Below are positions 30,806 to 31,106 of a stretch of DNA of 31,106 nucleotides, piece after piece. Below the pieces are notes generated by a model. The model was not told the DNA's origin and ran no database searches. It saw only the letters and a list, made by a program, of their open reading frames with translations. This DNA comes from a virus (lineage: Duplodnaviria; Caudoviricetes): positions 1 through 31,106 of the IMG/VR virus record IMGVR_UViG_3300044898_000026. One strand, 5' to 3'. Within the stretch, counting starts at the first letter, position 1; each line of letters starts with the position of its first letter. Position numbers and translations under genes: made by a program.

Positions 30806-31106
30806 ACGTCGCAACTCTCGCGTCTGCTTGCCAATACAATCCGTTTGACGGGGATTTTGGCGATCCCGGCGACAAAACGCTACGTGACAAAATCGTGACG
30901 TTTCGATTAGTGCACGATTGTTGTCTCTGTCCGGCGACGATCCAGAAAGGTGAGAAAGGGCGCGCGCTGACCATGCTGTGGCAAGACGGGAGCCCCGCGC
31001 CGGTCGCGACCTATCGTTATTGCCACGCCTGTACGAAGGCAATGGCTCGCGTGTTTAGGGATGACGGCAAGGCGCTCGACGCGCGGCCCGTTAGGCGAGG
31101 TACGAT
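30802..31106 (+). CDS. Zinc-finger hypothetical protein (3' end outside window)
   Basis: GTGA overlap. MNVATLASACQYNPFDGDFGDPGD...HDCCLC...YCHAC. Manually translated. Confidence 0.65.
   Translation, partial: MNVATLASACQYNPFDGDFGDPGDKTLRDKIVTFRLVHDCCLCPATIQKGEKGRALTMLWQDGSPAPVATYRYCHACTKAMARVFRDDGKALDARPVRRGT

Overview
A GC-rich segment of a tailed dsDNA phage genome. The host is probably an alphaproteobacterium, inferred from a CtrA/OmpR-type winged helix and a DUF6456/GafA-like activator. The window has two divergent arms that meet at about 22.1 kb. The leftward arm (21.97 kb to 1), in transcription order, encodes: a stand-alone integrase arm-binding domain, an N4/N6 DNA methyltransferase, a PrimPol-PriCT2-VirE primase/helicase, an internally deleted C5 methyltransferase, a probable iteron origin, and about 40 small accessory genes in promoter-headed cassettes. 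These cassettes include an HD hydrolase, a DEDD exonuclease, a proteasome-beta/HslV-like Ntn hydrolase, a methyltransferase with an inserted HTH, an SF2 helicase, an SAx-repeat protein and a RanBP2-type zinc finger. The arm ends with a ~750-nt structured leader, a DUF2280 small terminase and the 5' part of a PBSX-type large terminase. The rightward arm is a replication module: DUF2800 nuclease, MazG-like protein, HAD phosphatase, DUF2815 SSB, family A polymerase, GIY-YIG/NUMOD3 homing endonuclease and VRR-NUC, then a winged helix and an RlpA-like protein. The most unusual observations are: (i) an S-P-P-L-A-[PA] peptide, written in different codons, near the C-termini of four unrelated DNA-acting proteins, within a wider set of Pro-rich tails; (ii) a family of about 16 TTGACA promoters, six carrying a TGACA direct repeat with an exact 19-bp period; (iii) face-to-face promoters at the divergence point; (iv) three candidate structured RNAs. 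All family assignments are by eye from motifs, and no database search was run.
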